Assembly: GCA_013265495.1 (NCBI GenBank)
Contig: MU057809.1
Location: forward strand, 919,062 to 983,061
Direction of reading: 5' to 3'
Source: Vicugna vicugna
Lineage: Eukaryota
DNA length: 64,000 bases
In this document: piece after piece, positions 23,201-35,227 of the stretch
Layout: each line of letters opens with the position of its first letter
Position numbering within the stretch: position 1 is the stretch's first letter
The notes under the pieces: model-generated
Seen by the model: only the letters and a program-made list of their open reading frames with translations
Database searches by the model: none
Told to the model about the DNA's origin: nothing
Program-made: the position numbers and the translations under genes

Positions 23201-24292
23201 TCCCTCAACATCAGACTGCCCAGATCCCGGCCCCCAGCTAGGGCACCTGTGTGGGACGTGAGTGACCAAGCCTGAGTCTCACTATCTGAACCATAAAGGG
23301 AAGAAATTTCACATCACAGGGTTATTTTTCAGGCCAAATAAGATCGTTTAGGTAAAACCCACAATATCTCTTTTTAATTTTAGCTACTGAGGATTATTAC
23401 TATTAGGCCCACCTAGTCGGAATTCCACCCTGCATCAAAACACAAAACAAGTATCCGGTGATTCCGACGGAAACGCCCCCTCGGAAAGAGCAGCTGGCTC
23501 GGGACGCCCGTCGCGGGCTGCCGCCTGGGTGGGGGCCCACCCGGGGCCCAGCTCCACGATGCTGCATCCGCCCCCCCAGGCACAGGAGAGTCCGCGCGCG
23601 GGTGGGACGCTTCCTCCTCCTCTCTGCGTTCTCAACCCCCACGACAGCACTGGGCAAGAGAACAGGTTAGAACGCGTTCGCTGAGCAGATCTCCACACTC
23701 AGTAGACGGCTCTACCCACAGCAGGTGCCCCCGGGGACCAGAGACCAGGGCGGCTCCTCTGCTGGGCCGCCTGCCTTGGCGGGGGTCAGCTGTGCCTGCT
23801 GCCCTCGCCCCTCCCGGCCCCGCCCTCACTCGTCTGGAGCCAAGTGCAGCTGCAGCCCCGCCAACGCTGCGCTGCTATGCTCGGGATTGGGGTTGGGGGT
23901 GAGACCCCACGGGGGCCCCAGCCCAGGCGCTCCAACCTCTGGAGCTGATGGCCTCTGGGACGCCAGCCTCGTGCAGAACTGAACTTGAGCTGCCAGGCCC
24001 ACATTCAGCGTCCCCTCGTCACTGGCCCCGGGTCACACTCGACAACTGCAAGTGTCCTCAGGCCAGAGCAGGAAGAGGAGCCGGTGCCGCCATGAGGAAA
24101 CGCAGCTCAGGATCTGACAGCCGCTCCCAGCTGCTGGCCTGTCCTGGAGCCGAGATGTGACAGTCAGTGCCAGCCTCACCGGCCACGGAGCGTTCCCTCC
24201 CAGGCAAGGCCGGCCCGTGGCAGCTCTCATCTCCGAGGTGATGGCAGGTGCCAAGGATGCTGAGGCTCCCACGAGCCCAGGGGGATGGAGGA

Positions 24293-24382
24293 CAACTTGG
24301 GGACGGGGGGCACACTCGGATGGGGGGACACTTCAGGGGAGGGGACTCCATGGGGGAAGGGGGCACCTTGGGGGAGGGGGCC
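24293..24382. repeat. Degenerate ~18-bp G-rich minisatellite (5 units, nine runs of 4 or more G)
   Basis: Units: caacttggggacggggggca / cactcggatggggggaca / cttcaggggaggggact / ccatgggggaagggggca / ccttgggggagggggcca. Confidence 0.6.
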
Positions 24383-24722
24383 AGGAGTCATCTCTCACCC
24401 TCCAGCCCCGCCTTACACTGAATGGGCAGCAGGAACAGAGGACCCGGTGGAAGAGCTGCTCTAGTGCCCACTCGACTGAGCCTTGAGGAAGCCAAGGGGT
24501 CTCTGCAAAGGCTCTGCGAGCACACAGTAGGAGGAAGGGCTGAGTCCAAGGATGCTGGTCATGTGGGAAAAATAACAAAAAGCGGAGACAATCTAAAGTT
24601 CCAGTGAAGGGAAGGGTTTGGTTTTGGTACATCTGTACAAAGAAACAGCATACAACCCCTGAGGGCTTTATTTTCAAAGAGTGTGTAATAAATGTTAAGT
24701 GATGGACATACAGGACACAAAC

Positions 24723-24830
24723 AGGTCTGTCCATCCTGTCACAGCTGCTCCCAGTACGTGGGACAGCTGGGGAACATGGCTGATCCCACAGCACCTGGCA
24801 CACATTGCTGTCAGCCATAATGGATGGATG
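24723..24830 (+). mobile_element. Probable L2 (or MIR) 3' end
   Basis: cccacagcacctggcacacattgctgtcagccataa is followed directly by tggatggatg, resembling the L2 end (gtgcctggcacatagtaggcgctcaataaa...gaatgaatg). Confidence 0.4.
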
Positions 24831-24992
24831 GGTGGGTGGGNNNNNNNNNNNNNNNNNNNNNNNNNNNNNNNNNNNNNNNNNNNNNNNNNNNNGGGTGGGT
24901 GGGTGGAGGGGTCTGTGGGTGGGTGGATGAGCAGGTGGGTGGGTGGATGGATGAGTGGACGGAGAAGTGGGTGGGTGGATGGGTGGGTGGAT
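24821..24992. repeat. (GGAT/GGGT)n microsatellite spanning a 52-N assembly gap (24841-24892)
   Basis: tggatggatgggtgggtggg NNN gggtgggtgggtggagggg...gggtggatgggtgggtggatg. Confidence 0.9.
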
Positions 24993-25429
24993 GAGGAGGA
25001 AAGGAGGTGGGGAGATTAGAAGGAAACAGACAAACGTGGTTTTAGTGTCTCTGGGTGGGAGGATCAAGGTCTTTAGAAATGTCTGTTACCCTCCTCAGCG
25101 GTTTCCAAGCTCCCCACAACGCACAGTTCTTCAATCAAGGAAAGAAACAGGTGTTGACCGTTTTCAAGGAGCCAGAAGTTAAGAGGCACCTCAGGACACA
25201 CCAGCCAACCTTGTCCGTCACTCCGCAGACGCCAAACCTGAGGCCCTGCAAGGTTAAGGACGTCTCCGATTCATGGCCAACACCGCGGCCGCTCCACATG
25301 GGCACAGAGCTGGCGGAGGGAGAGTCCCCAGGGCAGCCGACTGCGCGGGCCGGCAGCATCCCGAGGGCAGAGCGCAGACTCGTACGGAGAGAAGGAGGAG
25401 ATGGGGGAGGCAGCCACGGGTGAGCCCAG

Positions 25430-26243
25430 CCGATTCCACTCGGAGGCTGTACCGCGTGCCCCGCACTGCCCACCGGAGGACCCAGTGCTCTCCCCAGCGA
25501 CACGCTGGGACACACGGAGCTGCCAGGGACACTCCTGCACAGGTTTCTGTGTGAACATGCGACTGCTCGATCTCGTGGTCCTTGCAGCTCAGTTTGTGAG
25601 AGACCGTTAGTCACTGTCCAGGGCGACCAACAGGGGACCCCTCTCTCTGCAACCTCACCGGCACGGGGGTGGCCCCCATGTTCAGTTTTGGCCGTTCTGA
25701 CAGCAGTGTGTTTTTAATTTGCATTTCCTACTGGCCAGTGACGCTGAGCGCCTTCCCACGTGCCCATGGCATCTGCGCTCGCTCTCCGGACGCGGCTCCT
25801 GCCCGCGTTCTGACCCGTGCTCTGCGTCCTCTCGAGCGCTGGCGGCTCTCACAGCCCAGGTGATGGCCTGTCAGAGGCGTGGTTGGCAAGTGTCCGCTCA
25901 GTCTGCTCCTCGTCTTGTCTTCTCTCAACAGGATGTTGCACAGAGCAGAAGTTTCTCGTTTTCACAAAGTCTGACTTACTAATCTTTCCTTTCACAGATC
26001 ATAATTTTGGTGTCAAGTCGAAGAACTCTTTGCCTAAATCCTGACGATTTTATCTTCTTTTTGAATAGAAGTTTTATACTTTTATTTCTACATTTAAGTT
26101 TGTGATTCATTTTGAGCCAATCTTTGTATAAAAGGTCCCCTTTTGTGTTTTATAAATGTCCAACTGCTCCACCACGATTTACTGAAAGGCTATCTTTCTT
26201 CCCCTGAATTGCTTTTGCTTCTTTCTCAGACATCAGTTGACCC
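25430..26243 (-). mobile_element. Old LINE-1 ORF2 3' part and 3' UTR (L1MC/ME-like)
   Basis: tttttaatttgcatttcc, ttttggtgtcaagtcgaagaactctttgcctaa and ttactgaaaggctatctttcttcccctgaattgcttttgc match the L1 antisense consensus. Confidence 0.75.
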
Positions 26244-26600
26244 AAAGCAAGCAGAGAAGGGAAATAATAAAGTCTAGAGCAGAAGTAAGTTCAACAGAAA
26301 GTAGAAAACGAGAGAGAAAATCAGCTGAGCCAATGTTGGTTCTTTGAAAAGATGAATAAAATCGATGAAGCCTTAGCTAGACTGAGCGAGGAGAAGAGGA
26401 AAGATGCCGATGACTGAGGCCAAGAATGGGAGGTGAGACAGTATCCCAGGCCTCACAGGGATGAGAAGGGTCAAAGAAGCATTCTCAACAAGTGTGAGCC
26501 AGAAGCCAAGTAACCTCCGTTTAGGGGACACGCTCCTGGAGAGACCACACTGCCCGGGCTGGCTCAGGAAGACATGGAACCCGAGCAGACCCAGCCTAGA
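26244..26600 (+). mobile_element. LINE-1 ORF2 fragment (post-endonuclease region), opposite in orientation to the adjoining L1
   Basis: aaagcaagcagagaagggaaataataaagtctagagcagaa...gttggttctttgaaaagatgaataaaatcgatgaagccttagctagactga. Confidence 0.75.
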
Positions 26601-29600
26601 AGGGCACTGCTCCCGACTCACGGGTGACACTCAGAATACGCAGCATCAAACCCGAGGCGGGAGGGCTTTGAAGGCATCAACTTCGGGTCACTAACTCTCT
26701 CGGCCCAAGAACGTGGGCAGAGGAAAGGGTGTCACTTCTAAGTCACAAAGATGCCGACCAACACCCACGGGGCCCACGGAGGGCAGCGGCGATGCTGAAG
26801 CAGGTCATTCCAGCGCCCACCCTCCCCAGGCCAACCTGCCACCAAAGCCTCCCACGTGCCTGCAGCTCTGTCCCAGCGAGGCCTCCACACCCAGGAGGCC
26901 GCCTCCTCCACAGACAGAGAAGGGCACACACCACCCACACACCTGGCGCCCCGCAGGTGCGCTGCGTCCCGGGACCGCACCGGCACACCTTCGCTTGTCC
27001 CGTGTGCACCTATGCCTTTCCCTCCTCCGGAGAACACGCCTCCAGCTGACCCCTGGGCTGGAAGCTCCCGTCACCAAGGAAGACAGCCCTGCACTTAGAA
27101 AGTTCGGCCCCATTTTCTGCATTCTCTTTATCTATAAAGTTGTTTATGCAAAGATATTACCAAGTATAATGTATTTAATTATGCAGTGTAAGATACGGCC
27201 TTAATGGAGAAACTCAAGTCAGCCACAGAGACACTTCAGGAAACACTTTCAAAAAATAGTAAGACTATGTTACTGACTTTCAGACGTGTTTGAATCTGCA
27301 CCCTCACTGTCCACGGGGACACAGTGTGTAAACGGGGCCCATCTCATTCCCCTCTGCTCTCCTGCGGCGGACACGCTTGCCCTCAGCGGCAGGGCCTGCA
27401 TTAGCATGTAAGTAGCTGGCAGACACCAGGAAAGACAGCGAGGAAGAGCTCTTTGATTAACTCTAATCCTCTGAAATCCCAGGCAGCGCCTGCTCCAGGG
27501 CTCTCAGGTCCCTCTCAGAAAGGAGCCTGCCAGGCCCTCCCGCCCAGCCCCCACCCAGAGGGTGGCTGGAAAGGGCCAGCTTGGGAAAGTGACGTCTGGG
27601 TAGCTGGCCCACAATGGTCATGCCATGGCTGCCGCTGTGAATTTGGGGGTGCTCGGCTGAGCTAAGCCTGGACGGCTGCACAGAGATCCCATCCTGGGGA
27701 GAGTGCCCCTCAGTCCCTGCGGGCCCCCACAGCAGCTCCCGCCTTCTCCCTGAAGGTAAGGGGTCGGCACCGACCCCAGCCTCCTGCCAGGCCCCAGGGA
27801 GCTGGGGTTCTGGGCCCTCCGACACCCACGCTGGCCACACAGAGGCAGAGCAGAGCCAGAAAGGAGAAGGCCGAGGAGGGCTGGCCCCCGGAAGACGCCG
27901 TGCACAGCACTCTGCAGCAGGGATGAGCAGGGCCTTGGCCACAGCCAGGCTCCCAGCGCACCTTCTGGGAGCACACGGGCCCACGGGCCTCTGGTGGCGG
28001 CAGAAGGCGGGCCTGTCCACAGCCAGGCAGACGTGATGGGCCGAACAGGGAGGGCCCGTGGGGCCAGGCCTGCAAGGCGGAGAGCACAGCGCCCGGGCAG
28101 TGCTCACAAAGCGGGGGCTGTGACTGCCAGTGCTGTTCTAAGAGGGCTACCATCTGCGCCTCCGATGATGAGTGAGCAGGAGGCCGGTAGGACTGCGGCC
28201 GGGTTGCACGAGGCAGGACCCGGCGGACCCGGAATCTGAACACACACCTGGCTCCAACCACCACAGGATTTCGGGTTTGACCTCGTGGGGATTGAGATGC
28301 CCGAGAGAAGCCACCTGGGCATATGCTGGACGGAGGAGGAGATGTCACAGGCACTGGAAATGCGACTTTCAAGACACAAGCACTAGATCCCAAAAGAGAC
28401 AGGTGCACACACTGGAACACTAGTCACAAGACGCACAAAGACGGCTCAGCAGTGAGGACCGCCTGGCCGGGGCCTGGGGGTCAGGGCCCAGGCACGACAC
28501 CAACTCGCCAGGCGACCTGGGCCAGGGTCTCCCTCCGTTTCAGGATGCAACCGTCCTTCCTTTGCGGGGGGCCCAAGCCAAGCCACCTCCTCTTCCAGCT
28601 CAATCTCACTGGGATCCGTCATGATGAAAAGAGGCCAACGGGATGAAGTTGCCTGCTCCAGTGACATGGGGCAGGGGGGGAGGCAAGGAGGCTTGCAAAC
28701 ACCCCTCCCCGTGTAAAGGGCACGGACATTACTTCCATGACACTGGTTAGGACAGTGAGGACGGGAGAGGGTGGACCCAGGCACCTCGTCGGGGCCGCCC
28801 TTCATCGGGGGAGACAGAAAGTCAAAATTGGAAGCCAGGCCTCTGATGGCGCCACACACACCACTATCTCCTGGGCAGAGCGGCCGGGAGCAGGGATCAC
28901 GGGGAAAGTCGCCGACCCCCACCTAAACCCTCCGCACCGCTGTCCAGGCACGGAGCTTGGTCCCCTCGCCTGGACCTGGCACCTGTGAGGGACAGGCCCT
29001 GTCTGCCCATCCACAGACCAAGACTCAAGGCTGCGGGCGGCCTCTGCAGAGGGCCAAGTCCTGGCGGGTGATGCCACTAGGCAGCCCATGGTCACCTCAG
29101 GCCCCAGGCAAGCCCCACGGAGGACAGACCCCCAGCCCCGCTCCGCAGGGCACTCTCCCGACACGTGAGCCCGTCCCCAGTCCAGGACACTCCTCTCGGG
29201 GCGCCGGGGGGCTCCCGGGGGCCGACTCACACGGGAAGGAATCCTGCTTCTGTAACTAGCAATATTTCCTTAACCGGAGGTTAGTAAAAATCACCAGCGA
29301 AGGGCAACCAGCGGCTCTGACTTATTTAGGGACATCAGCAGAGCTGTGGAAGAGGCCCCTCATAAAAGCTTATTAGAGAGCCCCGAGGAAGGCTCAGGAA
29401 GGAGACGGTCACCTCGGGACCTGCAGGCCAGAGGGCAAAGCGACGTCCAGCAGGACCCCGAGGCCGGGGGTGCCGGGGGCTCAAGCCTCAGCCAGAGGCT
29501 GAGAGGCGGTAAGGTGACACTGGACACAGGTCCAGGAGCTCGTCAGTCCCAAGGCCTGTCCCCAGGCCTCGCACTCCCAGCTCGGGCAGTGTGCGCCGGA

Positions 29601-30495
29601 CACAAGGCAGTAAGTGCGCGTTACTCTCTGGGGGCCCAAAGGGGGCCAAACCACCCCCCAGGAAGAGACAGTGCAGCACCCCACCCCCTGCAGCCCTCAA
29701 GCCGCATCACAGGGAGGGGCTGCGGGCACTGGATGGGCTCAGTGCTGGACCCGCTTCCCGCAAGCCGCTCCCCGCCCCTCCGCCGTGAGCCTCGCCAACT
29801 CCCCGGCCCACAGCCTGGCACCGGTGTCCCTGGGTGTCCCAGGCCGCTCGGGCTCCGCTGCACCCAACAGCGTGGACCAGCTCTCCCGGCCCGGCGGGGC
29901 CTCTGCACGGCGGGCGCGCCGGACACCCAGCCAGGACCCTGCTGCTCCTCAGAGGCGCCCGCCACACCAGACACGCCCACCAGGCCGCTGGACGCCTGAG
30001 GGCACTGAGTAGAGAAACCTTCAACGTGGGAAAGCTTACTTGCACCTTCCAGTCTAGAAGAACGAAACAAACTTCAGATGGGCGGGATCACGAACCGCCC
30101 TCTCTCTCACACTTTCCAGAAATCAGATCCCGCGCGCGGGAAGTGACTCGCGCAGCCTTCCAGAGCCAGCGGCCCCTCAGGTGGCCACTGGCACGGCAGG
30201 ACGACCGAGTCCCTGCCTGAGACGTCTGCCTCCCTCTGCACCCCGGCCTCACAAAGCAATGCTGGGCTGTCTTGGTCAGGGGTGGGGAGCAGGCATCACT
30301 CACGTGTGACTAAGGAGCCAACATTCAGCCCTGGGCCAGGGCAGGCCGGACCCCTTGGGCACCCATGGTCACTCCCTCCAAATCCCATAAGCACAGAGAA
30401 GACAGGGCAGGCCTGGCCCAGTTCCACCCGGGAAGCCAAGCATCGACCACGCAGACGATGGTCACACGTGCCACCTGACGCCACCCTCACACACG

Positions 30496-30545
30496 CCCAC
30501 TTTACAGATGAAGATGTGAGCTGTGGCCAGACGGCAGAGGAGTGG
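30496..30545 (-). mobile_element. MIR core trace
   Basis: cccactttacagatgaagatgtgag versus the consensus cccattttacagatgaggaaactgag. Confidence 0.35.
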
Positions 30546-31467
30546 GCCGTCAGGAGAGAGTCCACGGTCGCCCGCAGACCCCCCAGGGAACACTCTGGGC
30601 TCCTCCTACCGCGCACCGCCCTCCTGGGCGGACAGCCCTCTGCCAACCGCTTCTAGAGCCCCAGCAGACAGGCCAGCGTCTCCAGACAAAGCTGGACACG
30701 ACCTTCGGCAAGAGTGAGCCCCGCAGCTCTGGAGATGGACCTGAAGGCGTGTCCCGCCAGGCCCAGCACCACGGCCCCAAGTGCAGCGCACACCCAGCCC
30801 CCTGCAGCGCCGCTGCGAGCCCTCAGCCAAGAGGAGCACCGCACACCCAGTTTCGGAATCGTGCTGGGGTGGCTTGGGTCTGGAAGAATCTCCTCCCTCC
30901 CTCCTTCCAGGCGTTTTACTGGGAGCAGTTTGGATCTTTATGGGCAAAGGTAACCAAAAGAACGCTGACTCCAAACCACACACCCCGCACTTGACCGTCT
31001 GCGCTGGATGACGGATGGCGTTTAATACTCTCCAGTCCGAGCGCAGCCCCGCTCTGTAAACACAGGTCCCACTGCACTGTCGTCCTGCAGCTGTCACAGC
31101 GGCCAGCCGGGCCTCGTCTCCCGGCCTTGTGGGGAAAGTGCACAAAACGACGGGCTTTCCAGAATGAAGACGTGCACGCCTCACACGTGCATTCGCACAG
31201 ACGCGCACCCACACGCAGGCACACACGCACTCCTGGACACCCGCTGCCCCACGAGGGGACGGGTTCGGATACGCCTGCGCTGGACGCCGGCAGAGTCGGC
31301 CCCGAGATACTCTCCTGGGCAAACTCCTCACCCTGCCCAGCTGAGACCCCTCTTCCCTAAAAACGGAGTTTGCAGGTCTTAGCTCAAGGAATTTTCAAAC
31401 TGACTTTTAAATGGGATTATTAAAAAATACCAATGAAAAAAGGTAATTTGATCAACGCTGGCAGTCA

Positions 31468-31525
31468 CTACTATTTATTGGAGATCTGCATGTTCCAGGT
31501 ACCACACCAGGTACTGGACAGGCAT
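31468..31525 (-). mobile_element. L2/MIR 3'-end trace
   Basis: tatttattggagatctgcatgttccaggtacc versus the consensus tatttattgagcatctactatgtgccaggcac. Confidence 0.4.
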
Positions 31526-33531
31526 TTGCTAGAAAATAAACGTGATTAACGACAACAGGTGCCAACCACACAGGGGGTGAGGCCTGGCAGAGTGGGCGGG
31601 GGCGCCGGTCAGCCAGCTCCGCTGTGTCTGGAGAAGGTGCTGACACTGACACCCTGGATGAGCTGTGAGTGTGGCCCGCAGGGTGCGGAGAGACGGCAGG
31701 AACCTGGCGGAACGGGCGTGCGGTGCCCCCGCGGGCCAGCTCCTCGGGCAGAGTGCCCAGGCACGGCCGGCCGCCCTCTCCTCCATCCCCGCAGCCCTCC
31801 CTCCTCCTGGGCAGCCTTTCCGACGCCCCCTCCACCCCATCCACGGGGAGTGCAGTCTTGCCAGGCAGAGTGACACCCCAGCTCCTGCACCAGCGCGGGC
31901 ACAACGGCGCTGCCACCTTCATCAGAGGCACGTGTCACTGATGAAGCCTGTGAGTGAATGTGCAGAGTGACGAAATTTTCAGGAACGTACATGTCACGCG
32001 ACAGTAGAACTGACTGTAAATGTTTGCTGAACTACCACACTTTAATGACTGTTAGTTTACAAACTTTTAGAGATTCGGCTCCTATAAATCAATCAATCCC
32101 TGGGTGGGTCCCGCCTGGCAGATGTGGGGAGAAGTGGGGGGAGAGGAAGGGAAGGTTAGAGGGAGGCGGGAGGCAGGAGTCTTGCCGGGAGAGGCAGAGG
32201 GTACAGAGACAGAGCTTAGGTTCTAACTTTTCCTGAGTCTCAGCCCCAGGCTCTCTTTCCCGAGAACAGAGAAGCTAGTGCGGAGCTCCTCCAGGAGGGC
32301 CACCTCCCAGCCCCGGGGCACAGGAGGCCCACGACCCACCAGAGCAGCAACAGGCCCCACGTGGCTCACCCGTCCGGAGGGCCTCCGACAACAGGCAGAG
32401 GAGGACAGGCCTGCAGAGAGGGAGGGGCGCGGGGGGCGGCCCGCGGGACGAAGGCCCTCCTGCGGAGGACCTTGGCACAGAAAGGCGGGCCAGGCTGGGG
32501 CAGCGGGCACCTCCCGACGTGGGCAGCCGGGGACATGGGCGTCGCCGTCCCCTGGAGGACAACTCACGCCCTCACCCCACCCCTGTGCTCCCGCAGATTC
32601 TGCTACGGCCCTCGGGCAAGCTGAGTGCCCAGGAGCCACCCCCGCGGTGGAAGTGAGTCTTGGGGAATGTGCTGAGGGGCCCGGCTTCCCGGCCCCGGGA
32701 GAGGCAGCCTGGAGGGAGAGGAAGTGTGGAGCCAAGAGGGGGTGGCCCAGGCTGAGGGCACAGGGATGCCCGCCCCCAGACCTAGGACACGGGGACCCCT
32801 CCAGACTGAAGGCAGGAGGGCCGCCCCTCCCCAGACGGAGCGCACATGTCCCTCCAGGACTCATTCTCTGGGCAAGAAAACCAAGGACAAGTCAACGGGG
32901 GCAGAGGGCAGACACGCCAAAACTGCTGACATGGCCCGGGCGCCCGCCGGGCCGGGCCTCCCCAGGCCAAGGGCAGGCACGCCTGAGCCAGAACGGCCCA
33001 GGGAGGCCGGTGGCACCTCCAACACCTGGAACAGCCATCAGGGGTGCCCTGGACACAATTCAAACACCACCAGCAAGACGCCACGGCTATTTTTAGCAGC
33101 GACGCTCAGGAGGCTGCCTGGCGGGATCCGCATCTTTCAGCGTGACCATCAATTTTCACCTGCAGCCAACTTTCCTTTCCTTTCCTTTCCTTTCTTTTCA
33201 GGATGAAGGTTATTCAAAGATTTGGGTTTCTTCGAAATTGAGTTAAAAAGAGAACAAGTCTCCAGGATGAGGGGGATTTCCAGTGCCCAGACACTCGCCG
33301 CCAGCGCGGCCTAGTTCTCCTGGGGCTCCCGGACCCTCCCGGCTCCGAGGGCGCCCAGGCCCGCGCTGGGGTGGAGGCCCCTCCCCACGCCTGGCGGGTC
33401 TCACTCCCCGTTGTCAGAGCCCTGCGCGTGGAGAGCGCCCCTCTTCTCTAGCTGGAACCCCCGGGTTCTCCACCACAGACCACACCGCAGCGGGGCCGCG
33501 GCTGTGGGAGCCCTGGCGTCAGGGGGTAAGC

Positions 33532-33742
33532 CCTGGCCAGGATGCTGGCGAGGAGAGGGAGGCACCCGGCTCAAGGTCAGATTTAAGGAAGGGCCAAACA
33601 TCTCAGCAAATGAGACAGAATATTTTAATGCAGTATTTTGAAACCCAAAATTCATGCAAACCCCCGTGAACAGATACCAAAATTGCAAATGACGACAGGG
33701 CCCGTCCAGCACTCTCAAACTCACCTCATCAGGCCCGCCCTG
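33532..33742 (+). mobile_element. hAT-family non-autonomous DNA transposon (MER96/MER96B-like MITE)
   Basis: The AT-rich core gaatattttaatgcagtattttgaaacccaaaattcatgcaaa...gaacagataccaaaatt follows the recalled MER96B consensus. The right end ...gcccgccctg is the complement of a CAGGGC-type terminal repeat; the left end is degraded. Confidence 0.5.
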
Positions 33743-34654
33743 GTCCCTGCCCAGGGAGCTGCTGGGGCCCTGGGAGCCACGCACAAGCCGACCAGCACAG
33801 CGGCACGGCAAGCTGGCGCGCAGGGCTCCACAGACGAATTCCACCTTTAGGGAACGCACCAGGGTCCCGGGGAACTGCGGTTCTACGTGCCGCACAGAGG
33901 CCTCCAGGAAATGAAGCCAAGGGCGGAGAACATGCAACCCCCAGCAGGCTGCGCCCCACACTCCACGGGAGGGAGGCGCCCAGGGCGCCGCGCAGGGGTG
34001 GGACCGGGGTGATGCCGTGGGCTCCGTCTGTGTCCCCACCTCTCGAGCAGCCCCAGCAGAAGCAGGATGCCGGGCGGCCACTAGGCCCACCTGACGGCCG
34101 AGGCCCCGCTCCTCGTGGCTGGGAGAGGCCCTCAGGCACGACCGAGGGGAGCCTGCAGCCCAGGGGTGTGTGTACACATTAGGGGCGGGAAGCAGTGGAG
34201 ATTCTCCCCAAAATAATTTTTATAACTAATCCTATTTTTTTAATTTAAAAATAAATGTACTCATGTTCAATTATTTAACATTTCATCACTGACCACGGTT
34301 ACACGCATGCCTGCAAAATGGACTTGGCGCACACTCCAGCTGTTCCACGAAGGCCGCAAGGCCCAGCAAGCCTGGGGGTCGAGGGGAGGAGCCCCTGGGG
34401 CGGGAAGGCGGGGTCTGTGCCCCAGGGCCCGTGGGGAGCAGGAAGCACGCTGCTGCTGAGGCGTTCCCCGCCAGGGCAGCGCCTACCCGCCCTGGGCACC
34501 CCCACCGCTTGCCTCCAGCCCTTCATTGTTGGGGGAGGAATGAGCACTACTTCCCGAGCTGCTAACTTTAAGTCACAGCATCGAACAGAGACATCTGTAT
34601 CCCTTCTCTCTCTGCAGGCACGTCCGATGTTCCCACCCACCCACCCACCCCATG

Positions 34655-35227
34655 GCAGCCAGAGGGGTGCGGCAGGCTGCCTGGTCGGAAGCAGGGGGCA
34701 GTGACAGCCCCCCACTCGCAGGCACTGCTCCTTGCCGACTGGGGCCCCAGGCAGGTCGCCCCCTCCCGGCCTCGGTCTCCCCACAGTCACATGGGGGAGC
34801 TCAAGGACGAACAGCCCCCACTGCCCACCAACCGCTGGGGAACCAAACAGAGGCGGTCCCTGCATCACGGGACAGACAAAGGCGGCAGGTGAGTGGAGTG
34901 CGTCAAAGTGAGGGGGAGGATGGCTTCTCTGGAGCCAGCGAGCAGCCAGAGGGGTGGGGCAGGCTGCCTGGTCGGAAGCAGGGGGCAGTGACAGCCCCCC
35001 ACTCGCAGGCACTGCTCCTTGCCGACTGGGGTCCCAGGCAGGTCGCCCCCTCCCGGCCTCGGTCTCCCCACAGTCACATGGGGGAGCTCAAGGACGAACA
35101 GCCCCCACTGCCCACCAACCGCTGGGGAACCAAACAGAGGCGGTCCCTGCATCACGGGACAGACAAAGGCGGCAGGTGAGTGGAGTGCGTCAAAGTGAGG
35201 GGGAGGATGGCTTCTCTGGAGCCAGCG
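34655..35227. repeat. Two-copy direct tandem repeat, period 287 bp (34655-34941; 34942-35227), 2 mismatches
   Basis: Aligned by eye. The only differences seen are ggtgCggc/ggtgGggc and ggggCccc/ggggTccc. The ORF track also shows duplicated peptides (AWSEAGGSDSPPLAGTAPCRLG...). Confidence 0.97.
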
